DNA of 64,000 bases from positions 101,312 to 165,311 of the forward strand of contig CAYRKG010000001.1 of NCBI GenBank assembly GCA_964424795.1, written 5' to 3'. This document shows positions 9,666-19,040 of the stretch, piece after piece. Position 1 is the stretch's first letter; each line of letters begins with the position of its first letter. The notes under the pieces are model-generated. The model did not search any database and was not told the origin of the DNA. It was given only the letters and a program-made list of their open reading frames with translations. Position numbers and translations under genes: made by a program. The DNA comes from an uncultured Spirochaetota bacterium. Its GTDB lineage: Bacteria > Spirochaetota > B62-G9 > DRHN01.

Positions 9666-10151
9666 TCAATAAGTACTGATTGTCTTTTTTCTTATTACGG
9701 CTCTCATACCTCTTGTGTATTCATTTAACTCCTCGGCAAAATCTTTAAATTCATCCTTTTGCCTCAAAATAACCTCTACTCCATAATCTCCCAGTTTATA
9801 GAGTTTTAATATAGTCTTAAAACGATATATAGGGCCTGCTATCCGGTTTGAATATATGAGGGCTCCTACAAATACAACAATCAGAATTAGAATGGCACTG
9901 ATAATCATAGGCGGAATGATAATCTCAAAGGGATTTAAAAGGCTTTCCACACGCATACCATGAGACTTCTGAATAAATATCTTAAACCCCTCTTTTCCTG
10001 GAAACCCATACTCCAGATAAAAATAGGAAGCTACTGCAATAAAAGACACTACAAAAGCAAGAATGATAATACAGAGAGCCCTTATGATAAACCTCGATTG
10101 AAAATCCCTGTTGATAAAGTAACGTCTCCTTCTGTTTCTCTGTTTATTCAT
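9666..10151 (-). CDS. Small membrane protein with a HAMP-like linker
   Basis: Start chosen at MNKQRNRRRRYFINRDFQ, preceded by a GGAGA RBS. The track ORF extends to 10199. Two TM segments, then SNRIAGPIYRFKTILKLYKLGDYGVEVILRQKDEFKDFAEELNE (HAMP-like). Confidence 0.5.
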   Translation of the reverse strand: MNKQRNRRRRYFINRDFQSRFIIRALCIIILAFVVSFIAVASYFYLEYGFPGKEGFKIFIQKSHGMRVESLLNPFEIIIPPMIISAILILIVVFVGALIYSNRIAGPIYRFKTILKLYKLGDYGVEVILRQKDEFKDFAEELNEYTRGMRAVIRKKTISTY

Positions 10152-10242
10152 ATTAGTCTCCGTAAATAAAATTACAGGTGTTGCCCAATTCTTAAACATA
10201 AATTATATTTAAAAAGATTATTCCACAATTTCAGAGCTAAAA

Positions 10243-11865
10243 ATGAAAGAGATGAAATGGCATATCGAAATTCTTCTTTCTCTTATATCCGCCTTTCTAC
10301 TCCTCCTCTCTTTTCCATCATTTAATATGCACTTCCTTGGTTTCTTTGCTCTTGTACCTATTCTATCCATAGTATATAAGACAAATATTAAAAAAACAAT
10401 TGCATACGGAATTATATCCGGCTTTCTTTTTTACTGTCTCTACCTCTTCTGGATGAATGCCTATCTTGCTGTAATAGGGATTGCATTCACTACAATTGTA
10501 TTTGGTGGATATTTTGTTCTTGCCCTTATCCTCATAAATCTTGCAGGAAGGGCATTTCCAAAATACAGGGCAGTATTAACTCCATTTATCTGGATCTCGA
10601 TTGAATACATCAGAAGTTTTGGCTTTTTAAGTTTCACCTTTGGATCAATGGGATACACACAGCATAACTTTCTACGCTTTATACAAATTGCAGATATTGG
10701 AGGGGAACCCCTCGTATCTTTTACTGTTGTCCTATTCAATGCAGGCCTTGCAGAATTGTTTATGTATCTATTCGATAAAAAACTGTATACCGGTAAGAAA
10801 GCCTTTTTAAAACAAACTGCCCCCCTTTTTGTATCCATAGTATTGATTACCCTGAGCCTCATATATGGTACTGTAAGGCTTAATGACCCTATTCCGAAAA
10901 ATCCAAGGATGAAGATTTCCTTGATACAGGCTCTGTCAAGCCCGAGAACTGAATGGAAAACGGAAAAATGGAAAACCCTTAACCGGCTAACAGATTTGAG
11001 CAAAAGATGTTATGAGGAAAACCCCGATACTGATTTACTCGTGTGGACAGAAACAGCAATAAGAACAAGCCTAAGACCCAATCTAATTTACGGATCGCCA
11101 TACCATACAAGAATACAGAAGCTAATCCAGAGGCTCAATACCTTTTTCGTTATCGGCTCTCCGGATAATTATGATATAGGAAAGGAAAGAAATCCAAGTG
11201 AGGATAACCTTGCAGAAATTTATCCCTCAAAGGATGAAGAAGAGATATGGACAAACAGTGCCTACTATCTTGACACTAAAGGTGAGATTATCAATAAGTA
11301 TGATAAGATAAAACTTACCCCCTTTGGAGAGCATTTCCCATATGGAAAAGTCTTTCCCTTTCTTCAGAAAATTCTCGACAGGTTCACTGATAGTGCTGGA
11401 TTTACAGCTGGAAATCAATATACAGTATTTGAGCATGAAAAACTTAAATTCAGTGTGGTGATCTGCTGGGAGGGTACCTATGGATACTTCATCCGAAGAT
11501 TTGTGCAAAATGGCGCTGATTTCATTATTAATATATCAAATGATATGTGGACCAGGACAAAGGCCGGTCACTTTCAACACTTCAGCATGACAAAGTTCAG
11601 GGCAATTGAGAACAGAATATGGTATACACGAGCTGGCAATGATGGAGTAACAGCAATAATAAATCCCCATGGAGAGATCATAAAAATATTGCCCATTAAG
11701 GAAGAGGGGTATCTTGTTGGAGAAGTCGGGCCAAGGGTAAGATCAACCTTTTATACAAGATATGGAGATATCCTGCCAAAGATCAGCATCGCTGTTCTCG
11801 GATTTTCCTTTATATTTTCGATCTTCATTCTAATCAAAAAACCGGTTAAATCCAGAAAACGGTAA
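10243..11865 (+). CDS. lnt: Apolipoprotein N-acyltransferase
   Basis: 540 aa. Polytopic N-terminal half plus a C-terminal C-N hydrolase domain (VWTETA..., KIKLTPFGE, VVICWEGTY). Confidence 0.85.
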   Translation: MKEMKWHIEILLSLISAFLLLLSFPSFNMHFLGFFALVPILSIVYKTNIKKTIAYGIISGFLFYCLYLFWMNAYLAVIGIAFTTIVFGGYFVLALILINLAGRAFPKYRAVLTPFIWISIEYIRSFGFLSFTFGSMGYTQHNFLRFIQIADIGGEPLVSFTVVLFNAGLAELFMYLFDKKLYTGKKAFLKQTAPLFVSIVLITLSLIYGTVRLNDPIPKNPRMKISLIQALSSPRTEWKTEKWKTLNRLTDLSKRCYEENPDTDLLVWTETAIRTSLRPNLIYGSPYHTRIQKLIQRLNTFFVIGSPDNYDIGKERNPSEDNLAEIYPSKDEEEIWTNSAYYLDTKGEIINKYDKIKLTPFGEHFPYGKVFPFLQKILDRFTDSAGFTAGNQYTVFEHEKLKFSVVICWEGTYGYFIRRFVQNGADFIINISNDMWTRTKAGHFQHFSMTKFRAIENRIWYTRAGNDGVTAIINPHGEIIKILPIKEEGYLVGEVGPRVRSTFYTRYGDILPKISIAVLGFSFIFSIFILIKKPVKSRKR

Positions 11866-11957
11866 TTTTTATAAAATTTTGACAATTACTCGCATATTCA
11901 TATCTTATAAATAAGTACAAATTATTAATCTGCAAGAAATCAACAAGAACTTGATAA

Positions 11958-12006
11958 GTTTCTGGTGCCTTCTCGCCAATTTATTGGCGCATTATTCACC
12001 AGAAAC
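11958..12006 (+). other. Two-tier perfect hairpin between lnt and cobC
   Basis: Outer stem GTTTCTGGTG/CACCAGAAAC (10 bp), inner stem CGCCAAT/ATTGGCG (7 bp). No U-tract follows, so its function (terminator or regulatory RNA) is unknown. Confidence 0.5.
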
Positions 12007-12044
12007 TAAATAGCTATTTGTTTAAAACTCGACTTTTAATTATT

Positions 12045-12647
12045 ATGGATACGAAAAAACTAATACTCATAAGACATGGTGAAAGTGTTTCTAATAAAAG
12101 CCAAACTCTTACAGGAAGGACAGAATCAGAACTTACTCGAAAAGGCAGAATGCATTCGAAAAAGTCATCAATCTTTATTAAAAAAAGATACAGTGCTATT
12201 GATGCCATTTATTCGAGCCCTTTAAAAAGGGCCAGTGCAACCGCACGGATAATATCGAAAAAGGTAAATGCCCCTGTTCACCTCGATGAACTGCTTGTCG
12301 AAACAGATTTTGGAATCTGGGAGGGGCAGGGAATAGATGATCTATACCTAAAGCCAGATTGGGATACATATATATCAGACCCATTTCACTTTAGCTTTCC
12401 CGATGGAGAATCTCAACAGGATGTTAAAAAACGAATTCTTGAATTTAAAGATAGGCTTTTAACGAATAAGGACTGGAAAAATATCATTATTGTATCTCAC
12501 TATACACCCATTTCATTCCTTATCTTGAGTGTTATTGGAGATAGTAATGATAAACATCCACCATTCAGGATCGACAATGCTTCAATCTCTGTTATAGAAA
12601 TAGCTGAGGATTTCGAGTTTATCGGAATGCTGAACTACACCCCCTAA
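12045..12647 (+). CDS. cobC: Histidine phosphatase family protein, probable alpha-ribazole phosphatase
   Basis: The LILIRHGES (RHG) motif is at the N-terminus when started at ATG 12045. The track ORF begins at TTG 12018. It sits immediately upstream of cobU. Confidence 0.6.
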   Translation: MDTKKLILIRHGESVSNKSQTLTGRTESELTRKGRMHSKKSSIFIKKRYSAIDAIYSSPLKRASATARIISKKVNAPVHLDELLVETDFGIWEGQGIDDLYLKPDWDTYISDPFHFSFPDGESQQDVKKRILEFKDRLLTNKDWKNIIIVSHYTPISFLILSVIGDSNDKHPPFRIDNASISVIEIAEDFEFIGMLNYTP

Positions 12648-12662
12648 TACTGGAGAAAACAA

Positions 12663-13178
12663 GTGCCCGTTATATTCATAACTGGCGGAGCAGGTTCAGG
12701 GAAAAGCCGCTTTGCTCTTAAATATTTCGAGGGAAAAAAGGATGTTACCTTTATTGCCACAGGAGTAATAACTGATCCTGAAATGGAAATGCAAATAAAA
12801 AGGCATAGGGAGGTGAGACCAGAAAGCTGGAATACTATTGAAGAACCACTCGATTTAATTAAAGCAGTAAAAAGTATAGAGGCTGATCATAAGTGTGTGA
12901 TAATCGATTGTCTCAGCTTCTGGGTTTCAAATCTCATATATAATAAAAAGTATGACAGGGAAAAAATTATTGACCTTGCAAAAAATACTGCTCAGCACCT
13001 TGTTACAATTGATAAAACATCTCTTATTGTAACCAATGAGGTTGGTATGGGAATCATACCTCATACGAAAGAGGGCAGGTATTACCGAAAGGTTCTTGGA
13101 GAGGTAAATCAGATCTTTGCAGGGACAAGCAAAGAGGCATATTTTGTTGTAAGTGGGATAGGGATAAAAATAAAGTAA
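12663..13178 (+). CDS. cobU: Adenosylcobinamide kinase / adenosylcobinamide-phosphate guanylyltransferase
   Basis: 171 aa, GTG start. P-loop FITGGAGSGKS and the typical CobU length and layout. Confidence 0.8.
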   Translation: MPVIFITGGAGSGKSRFALKYFEGKKDVTFIATGVITDPEMEMQIKRHREVRPESWNTIEEPLDLIKAVKSIEADHKCVIIDCLSFWVSNLIYNKKYDREKIIDLAKNTAQHLVTIDKTSLIVTNEVGMGIIPHTKEGRYYRKVLGEVNQIFAGTSKEAYFVVSGIGIKIK

Positions 13179-13482
13179 TTGATTATTTTGGAATTTATTT
13201 TTATAATAGCTCGAACGTTTAGCTTTAAACAAATAGATAAAGATAAGTTCTGGTGAAATATTTAAATAATAATCCTTGTTTATGTTTTAATTATTGATAA
13301 TATTAAAAACTCGAAGTTCATCATAATACCTCTGGGGCTATAAAAAGGCATTTTAAAAAAGACGTTTACCTTCTGGATTCCCGAATCACTATCCAAAAAG
13401 GGGTTCCGATAAAAGCCAGATGTAGAGTCTTACGTCTAACTTCGCTTATTTATATGAATGCCATCTACTAATGGGGGAAGGA

Positions 13483-14322
13483 ATGTCAATTCTTTTAAAG
13501 AGATCAACAAGAATCCTGATTCAGGGGATAACAACAACAGAAGGAAGACAGAATACTAATCTTATGCTCGAGAACAAGGCAGAGATTGTAGCAGGTGTGA
13601 GCCCGGGAAGGTACGGTCAGGAGGTTATGGGTGTCTCTGTCTATGATAAAGTAAGTGAAGCCCTGAAAAGACACCGCGTCGATGTATCTTTAATCTTTGT
13701 ACCAAAAGGAGCAGCTCTCAATGCAGCAACAGAAGCAATTCAGGAAGGTATTCCCTTAATTATAATCATCACTAAAGATATTCCAGTTACAGAAACTATT
13801 AAGATTAAGAATATAGCTCAAAAAAAGGATATAACTATTATCGGTCCTGGTTCTGCAGGTGTGTTAATTCCCGGTGAAACCAGAGCTGGGATTATATCAA
13901 ATGAGTACATCCTAGAGGGAGAAATTGCGGTAGTCACAAGAACAATTGGTAATGAAAAGCGCATATGCCAGAGTTTATATAAAGAGGAGATTGGCGAAAG
14001 TGCTGTTATCAGCTTAGGTGGTGACAATATAATCGGAACAGGATATATCGAAATTCTTAAGGAGCTTGAAGAATCAGATAAAACAACGGTAGTTGTAATC
14101 GGAGGAGAAACAAAAGGAAGATTGGAAGAGGATGCTGCACGTTTTATCGCAGAATCAAAATATTCAAAACCGGTTATCGCATACCTCTTTGATAGAGAAA
14201 ATAATACAGAGATTGCACTGGAGAAGGAAAAAATGTTACGCGAAGCAGGCGTAACTGTTGTTGATGATATCTGGGAGATAGGTCAAATCATTAAAGAGGC
14301 TACAATTGAGGAGTCAGAATAA
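13483..14322 (+). CDS. Succinyl-CoA ligase alpha-subunit-like CoA-binding protein lacking the phosphohistidine loop
   Basis: Start at MSILLKRSTRILIQGIT after a GGGGGAAGG RBS, compared with E. coli SucD MSILIDKNTKVICQGFTG. Colinear with SucD, but the [10 protein letters not shown] segment is absent (KPVIAYLFDRENN-TEIALEKEKMLREAGV). No sucC is adjacent. Confidence 0.65.
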   Translation: MSILLKRSTRILIQGITTTEGRQNTNLMLENKAEIVAGVSPGRYGQEVMGVSVYDKVSEALKRHRVDVSLIFVPKGAALNAATEAIQEGIPLIIIITKDIPVTETIKIKNIAQKKDITIIGPGSAGVLIPGETRAGIISNEYILEGEIAVVTRTIGNEKRICQSLYKEEIGESAVISLGGDNIIGTGYIEILKELEESDKTTVVVIGGETKGRLEEDAARFIAESKYSKPVIAYLFDRENNTEIALEKEKMLREAGVTVVDDIWEIGQIIKEATIEESE

Positions 14323-14323
14323 A

Positions 14324-14863
14324 TTACTCAATAATAGCATCTGTTATTCGAATGATTGCATCAGCCTTTTCCCTGTTCTTAAAAAATGGCTTTAATCTCA
14401 GGTATGAGACTATCAGACCATTTCTTCCCTCTTCTATGCGATAAGTAAAGAGCATAAGGTCGCTGATTGAAATTGCATCTATCTTTATTTCAACCATGGT
14501 TTTTGTTATACTGTTTTGCGATTCATTCCCCTTCGGTTTTATGTATTCTATATTTTCCCTTATACCAACTTCTTCAGCTACATTTTCAAGATATGTCAGA
14601 ACTGAAAGAGATTTCTTTTCCTCAAACATCTCAATAAGGGTTTCATAGTGATTTTTCTCAGCTACATATCTTTCTGCAAGAACTTTAAGTTCATGAAAAC
14701 GAGTCTCAAGTTCAGCCCACTCTAGCTCATACTCTTTCCTTGCCCTTAGAAGGGGAACAAAGACTATCTGGTAGATTAAAAAGGATACAAGAAGAACCAA
14801 GGCTACATATATGAAAATCTTCTCTTTATTTGAAACATTCCTTAAAAGGTTTCTTATATCCAA
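14324..14863 (-). CDS. GspM/PilO-like bitopic T2SS assembly protein
   Basis: 179 aa with one N-terminal TM (IFIYVALVLLVSFLIYQIVFVPLL). It is the last gene of the pseudopilin/GspL operon. Confidence 0.5.
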   Translation of the reverse strand: MDIRNLLRNVSNKEKIFIYVALVLLVSFLIYQIVFVPLLRARKEYELEWAELETRFHELKVLAERYVAEKNHYETLIEMFEEKKSLSVLTYLENVAEEVGIRENIEYIKPKGNESQNSITKTMVEIKIDAISISDLMLFTYRIEEGRNGLIVSYLRLKPFFKNREKADAIIRITDAIIE

Positions 14864-15027
14864 TACCTTACTCCTCCATGACCATAATAGGCCGAAATTT
14901 GAGTCTAATTTTAATGAGAATCTTTTTACAATCTCTAAAAACTCATTTTGGAAATATTAAGAAATTACGAATTTCGGCAACAGAACCATGCTTAATATAT
15001 AAAAGACATCTTTCCAAACATTCCATT

Positions 15028-16464
15028 CTAATACTCAGTATTTACCGTAATATCAAACACAAAGGTGACAGCAAAACCCTCACCGCTACCGGTTGTTCCA
15101 GTACTTGTTATCTCCACCTCTGAAAAATAATCAGAGTTTGAGAGTGATTCTCTTATTTTATCAATATCTGAAAAGGTCTGTGTTCTCCCATAAAACTTTA
15201 TATGGCCTCTCTCAAGTATTATATCTGTATATTCAAGAACAACATCCACCGGTAAAGAAGATGATAATTCCTTTAAAAGCTGGGCACTGCTGAACTTTCT
15301 ATCAGTAGCATCATGAATTTGACTAATCCTCTCCTGAATATCAGCAAGAATACGTTTTGTCTCTCCCACCTTTACAAGCGGTTTCTCAAAAACCTTCATG
15401 CTTATCTCATTCATACTTCTTTCAAGTTCAGATATATGACTCTTTTTAAACTTGATGTCAAAAAGCAGGTTTACAATAGAAAAAGATAAGAGAAAAAGAA
15501 ACAAAACTCCCAGTATCGTACAGTCCTTTATACTCACATATCTCTTAGATAGTGGTAAAAACTCCTCTTTCAGCAGATTTACCCTCTTCACCTTTGTCTC
15601 ATTTATACTCTTTAGGATACCGAAAGCTGCTATCATATCTGAAAAATCAAAATTTTCATGGTATGGAAAAAATGACTTATAGTTATGAATAGATATAGTC
15701 CTATAAGAAGAACCTATTTCTTCAAGCACTTCGTTAGTCAGATTTCTAAAATCATCCTTTGCATCCTGGCGTATGTTCAGGTAAATAATAGGGTAATCTG
15801 AGGCTTTAAGGAGCATCAGTAGGCCGGATACAAGCGAGTTTCTATAACTTTCATTATCACCCTTTCTGATATAAACTATATTCTTTAGTACTCTATCCTT
15901 TATATATTGTATATAGACAGAATCGTCCTGAAGATCTAAAAAGATGAAGGTATCCATATCCAGCAAAGAAGTTAAACTATGAAATACTGCAATATCAAAA
16001 GGTATAACAGCCTTCAAATTCTCCCTGTACTTTCCAAAGCTTTCAAGAATCTTCTTTATCTCATCTTTATCAATGGTAAATGATAGAACTTCATTCACCG
16101 AGGGCTTTTTCTCAAAGGTGTAAAAGTCTGTAAGATATTCGAAGTCTTGAGATGGCAAAAAATCACTAACCTCATATTTAATTACTGATTCGATTTTCTG
16201 CCTCTCTGAAAAGGGAAAGTTAAGTGTATTTCTAAAGTACTGGTGGGGAGAAATAATGTAGTAAACATTCTCTTTTATAATTCCCTCCTCATCGAGTATT
16301 TCTTCTAGAGTTCTGCCGTAGTATCTTCTAATTTCCACCTTTTCCTTTACCGGAATTTTCTCATCTATTTTAACAAGTGTATAATTATCCCCGAGCTTTT
16401 CTATAATCACTCCTCTCTTGCTTAATCCGATCCTGATATTAAAGAGATCTGTTAAAGTAGACAA
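15028..16464 (-). CDS. GspL-like (PilM/PilN-like) T2SS assembly protein
   Basis: 478 aa. A ~310-aa cytoplasmic domain, a single TM (CTILGVLFLFLLSFSIVNLLF) and a ~140-aa periplasmic tail. It overlaps the upstream GspK-like gene by 26 nt. Confidence 0.5.
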   Translation of the reverse strand: MSTLTDLFNIRIGLSKRGVIIEKLGDNYTLVKIDEKIPVKEKVEIRRYYGRTLEEILDEEGIIKENVYYIISPHQYFRNTLNFPFSERQKIESVIKYEVSDFLPSQDFEYLTDFYTFEKKPSVNEVLSFTIDKDEIKKILESFGKYRENLKAVIPFDIAVFHSLTSLLDMDTFIFLDLQDDSVYIQYIKDRVLKNIVYIRKGDNESYRNSLVSGLLMLLKASDYPIIYLNIRQDAKDDFRNLTNEVLEEIGSSYRTISIHNYKSFFPYHENFDFSDMIAAFGILKSINETKVKRVNLLKEEFLPLSKRYVSIKDCTILGVLFLFLLSFSIVNLLFDIKFKKSHISELERSMNEISMKVFEKPLVKVGETKRILADIQERISQIHDATDRKFSSAQLLKELSSSLPVDVVLEYTDIILERGHIKFYGRTQTFSDIDKIRESLSNSDYFSEVEITSTGTTGSGEGFAVTFVFDITVNTEY

Positions 16465-17425
16465 CCCTAAACCCCCTGCTTTGTCTCATTACAACCGCAG
16501 TAACTGTACTTATAAATTCATCTACAGTTCCATGTGCAATGATCCTGAATATATCGCTCTTTACAGTAATTAATGATTCTATTTCGTCATATAAAACATC
16601 GTATACTGATTCAACCTCTTTCAGATCTTCAACTTTATGAAAAGGATTCTCTTCCCTATACTCAATAATATCCCTGGCAATAAATTTATCCATATCCTTC
16701 GAGAGACTGAGCAAAACCGGCATTGAAGCTGTATTTATGTTAATCTTACCATCACCATACACAGTAATACAGTCATTAAGAGAATTAAGCTCCTCATCTA
16801 CTCCAATGGCCCTCGAAGACGGCGGTAAAAAATAGAGATCATGATCAAAGCCTTTAATTAAGAGGAGCTCTCCACTTGTAACAACAGGCTCATTTCTCGG
16901 TAGATAGGATGGAGAAAGGGCATTGTAATATGCTTCCTCAGCTCCATAGAGCAGACTTGTATCATCTGAATCCTGCCAGTCAATGAGAGCATCTATGAGT
17001 TCCGGTTCAAGACTTAAAGCTTCAAACATTCTCGTAAGCATAGCCCTGCTTCTTTCATGAACAGTATATTCCGATTCCTGTGCTGCTACAAGTTTCTTGA
17101 TGTTGAATCTTCCTTTCTCGTCCTCTATGCTCACCAACATCATCCCACTTTCAAATGGAATGGGTGGCAGGATCCCATACCATATATCCCCCGAACCATC
17201 ATATTCGTTTGTATCGCTCATTAATAGAGCCAAGGCTGCCTGATAACCACCTAATGCATAGTACAAAGCCTTCTTGGAATAGGCATAGTTCACTGTCATT
17301 TTCAGGTTTATACCGCTTCTACGTGAAAACTCGAAGGCAATAAGTGAAAGAAGAGATATAAACACGAGAATAGAAATAAGAGCAAAGCCACCAATCCGCT
17401 TTTTAGGTCTCTGATATAAAAACAT
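16439..17425 (-). CDS. gspK: Type II secretion minor pseudopilin GspK-like
   Basis: 328 aa. Prepilin-like N-terminus (GGFALISILVFISLL) and the GDGKININTASMPVLLSL helix-hairpin-helix motif typical of GspK. Confidence 0.7.
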   Translation of the reverse strand: MFLYQRPKKRIGGFALISILVFISLLSLIAFEFSRRSGINLKMTVNYAYSKKALYYALGGYQAALALLMSDTNEYDGSGDIWYGILPPIPFESGMMLVSIEDEKGRFNIKKLVAAQESEYTVHERSRAMLTRMFEALSLEPELIDALIDWQDSDDTSLLYGAEEAYYNALSPSYLPRNEPVVTSGELLLIKGFDHDLYFLPPSSRAIGVDEELNSLNDCITVYGDGKININTASMPVLLSLSKDMDKFIARDIIEYREENPFHKVEDLKEVESVYDVLYDEIESLITVKSDIFRIIAHGTVDEFISTVTAVVMRQSRGFRVVYFNRSL

Positions 17426-18047
17426 TAAAAAACTCTCTATACTTTTTCCCTCCCAGGGAAAATATTAGTTCCACACCATCTGGGAGCCTGTCCATTTTCC
17501 TGGTATCCCAGCTATCGTACCACTTCCCCTGACTATAAAAACGTAGCTGAAAAACAGTAAAATCATCACGAATTGTATACTGGGCTGCATTCGCAGTTTC
17601 TTCAACTTCAGATGTGAGATAATCAGTCTCTGGAGGTAAATTATTGAAAAAAATCCTTTTTTTAACAACGATCAGTTCATTATCCTTCTCGCTCTGTTCC
17701 ACAGTATACTCAACGCGAATAATCTCTCCCCTTTTCCCTAATTCCATGTATGCCTGTGGAGAAACTGTTGTAAAGACCAGATTATTGCTTTTTTCCCCAC
17801 CAACCTCAGACCTCTCAGATAGAAAGATTGTTTCTTCTGCCCTTCTTACATAAACAGCTCCTGATATTTCAACATCAAGCCGCTCTAAAAAGCTTCTCAT
17901 ATCCCTTAAAAGCTCTTCATTTCTTTTGTTAAGATCTACCACCCTGTTAACAGAAGAAAAAGAAACATAGCACACAGCAGCAATTACAGATAGTATGGCT
18001 AGCGACATTAAGAGCTCGATAAGTGTGAAGGATTTGAATCTATGCAT
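17403..18047 (-). CDS. Minor pseudopilin, GspJ-like
   Basis: 214 aa. The N-terminal methylation motif is KSFTLIELLMSLAILSVIAAV, with Ser rather than Gly at -1. Confidence 0.6.
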   Translation of the reverse strand: MHRFKSFTLIELLMSLAILSVIAAVCYVSFSSVNRVVDLNKRNEELLRDMRSFLERLDVEISGAVYVRRAEETIFLSERSEVGGEKSNNLVFTTVSPQAYMELGKRGEIIRVEYTVEQSEKDNELIVVKKRIFFNNLPPETDYLTSEVEETANAAQYTIRDDFTVFQLRFYSQGKWYDSWDTRKMDRLPDGVELIFSLGGKKYREFFNVFISET

Positions 18048-18054
18048 CTTTTTT

Positions 18055-18420
18055 TTAATATCTTGAAATAATGGTCTGTAATTGATAGCTCTTTCCCTCC
18101 CCCCATTTCACCTCAATGGTTATGAGCTTTAAATCACTGATAAGGGGAAGTTCCAGGGATTCAATCTTCTTCTCCCACTTGAATCCATCGAATAATCCCT
18201 CTTCAAAATTACCCTCAACTATACCTGATTGGGGATATCCTTTCACAATTTCTTCTTTTAAAATCGATTCTGCTGCAAGAACAGCGGTAGTTAAATCGGA
18301 TGCCTCCTTTTCTGAATTAAGGTTAAAGAGATTTCCTTTAAAAATTGCTAGCATCGATATAGAAAGTATTGTAAGGGTGATTAGAACCTCTATTAATGTA
18401 AATGCTCTTAATTTCAGCAT
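18055..18420 (-). CDS. Minor pseudopilin, GspI-like
   Basis: 121 aa. RAFTLIEVLITLTILSISMLAIF, with Ala at -1. Size and operon position fit GspI. Confidence 0.6.
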   Translation of the reverse strand: MLKLRAFTLIEVLITLTILSISMLAIFKGNLFNLNSEKEASDLTTAVLAAESILKEEIVKGYPQSGIVEGNFEEGLFDGFKWEKKIESLELPLISDLKLITIEVKWGEGKSYQLQTIISRY

Positions 18421-18518
18421 AAAATTGCACCATACTAAGAATTAAGTTTACTATCATCTATAGTGGATTATCGTCATCATTCTTTAATTCAAAAATCCGT
18501 AATCTTACTCTCAATAAG

Positions 18519-19040
18519 CTACCTCAAAATCTCTGCGCCGTAGAGTCTTTTCATTCTCTTAAATGCAAACTGAGCATCATCTTTATCCAAATCTGCCACA
18601 CCCTTCTTATAAACTTTTATTTTATAATCCCTGTAGGAAAGCTCAGCGACCGTATCCATGATACATATTGATGTACAAACCCCAACTACTCCCACTTCAT
18701 CAATATTATTATTCTTTAAGATATCTTCTAAATTAGTTTTGTAGAATGCTGAATATCTCGTCTTTGGAACAAAATAATCATCCTCTCTTCTATCTATACC
18801 CTTTTCCACTTCCCCGCCCCATGTGCCATTAACACAGTGTGGCGGAAATCTTTTAAACTCCCCATCATCCTTTTTATGATTGTCACAGGCAAATATAATA
18901 ATACTGCCCTCAGAACGATATTTATCTATAAGTTTATTAATATGGGGCACTATAAGAAGAGCATCGTTTCCGCAAAAGAGAGTTCCTTTTTTGTGGACAA
19001 AATCGTTCAACATATCTATGATAAGCAGAGCCTTATTCAT
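18519..19040 (-). CDS. Isochorismatase-family cysteine hydrolase (nicotinamidase-like)
   Basis: 173 aa. LLIIDMLNDF (Asp) and VGVCTSICIMDT (catalytic Cys). Confidence 0.75.
   Translation of the reverse strand: MNKALLIIDMLNDFVHKKGTLFCGNDALLIVPHINKLIDKYRSEGSIIIFACDNHKKDDGEFKRFPPHCVNGTWGGEVEKGIDRREDDYFVPKTRYSAFYKTNLEDILKNNNIDEVGVVGVCTSICIMDTVAELSYRDYKIKVYKKGVADLDKDDAQFAFKRMKRLYGAEILR

Noticed and set aside
11866-12017. Possible cobalamin riboswitch upstream of cobC/cobU
   Set aside because: The region is only ~150 nt, and I could not find the conserved B12-box (..AGYCMGG.G.CC.GCC..) or GCCACTG-type core. Only a simple two-tier hairpin is present.
14965-14989. Sigma-54 promoter reading of CGGCAACAGAACCATGCT
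   Set aside because: The GG-to-GC spacing is 12 nt instead of the required 10. The second copy at 19119-19140 lacks the GC element.
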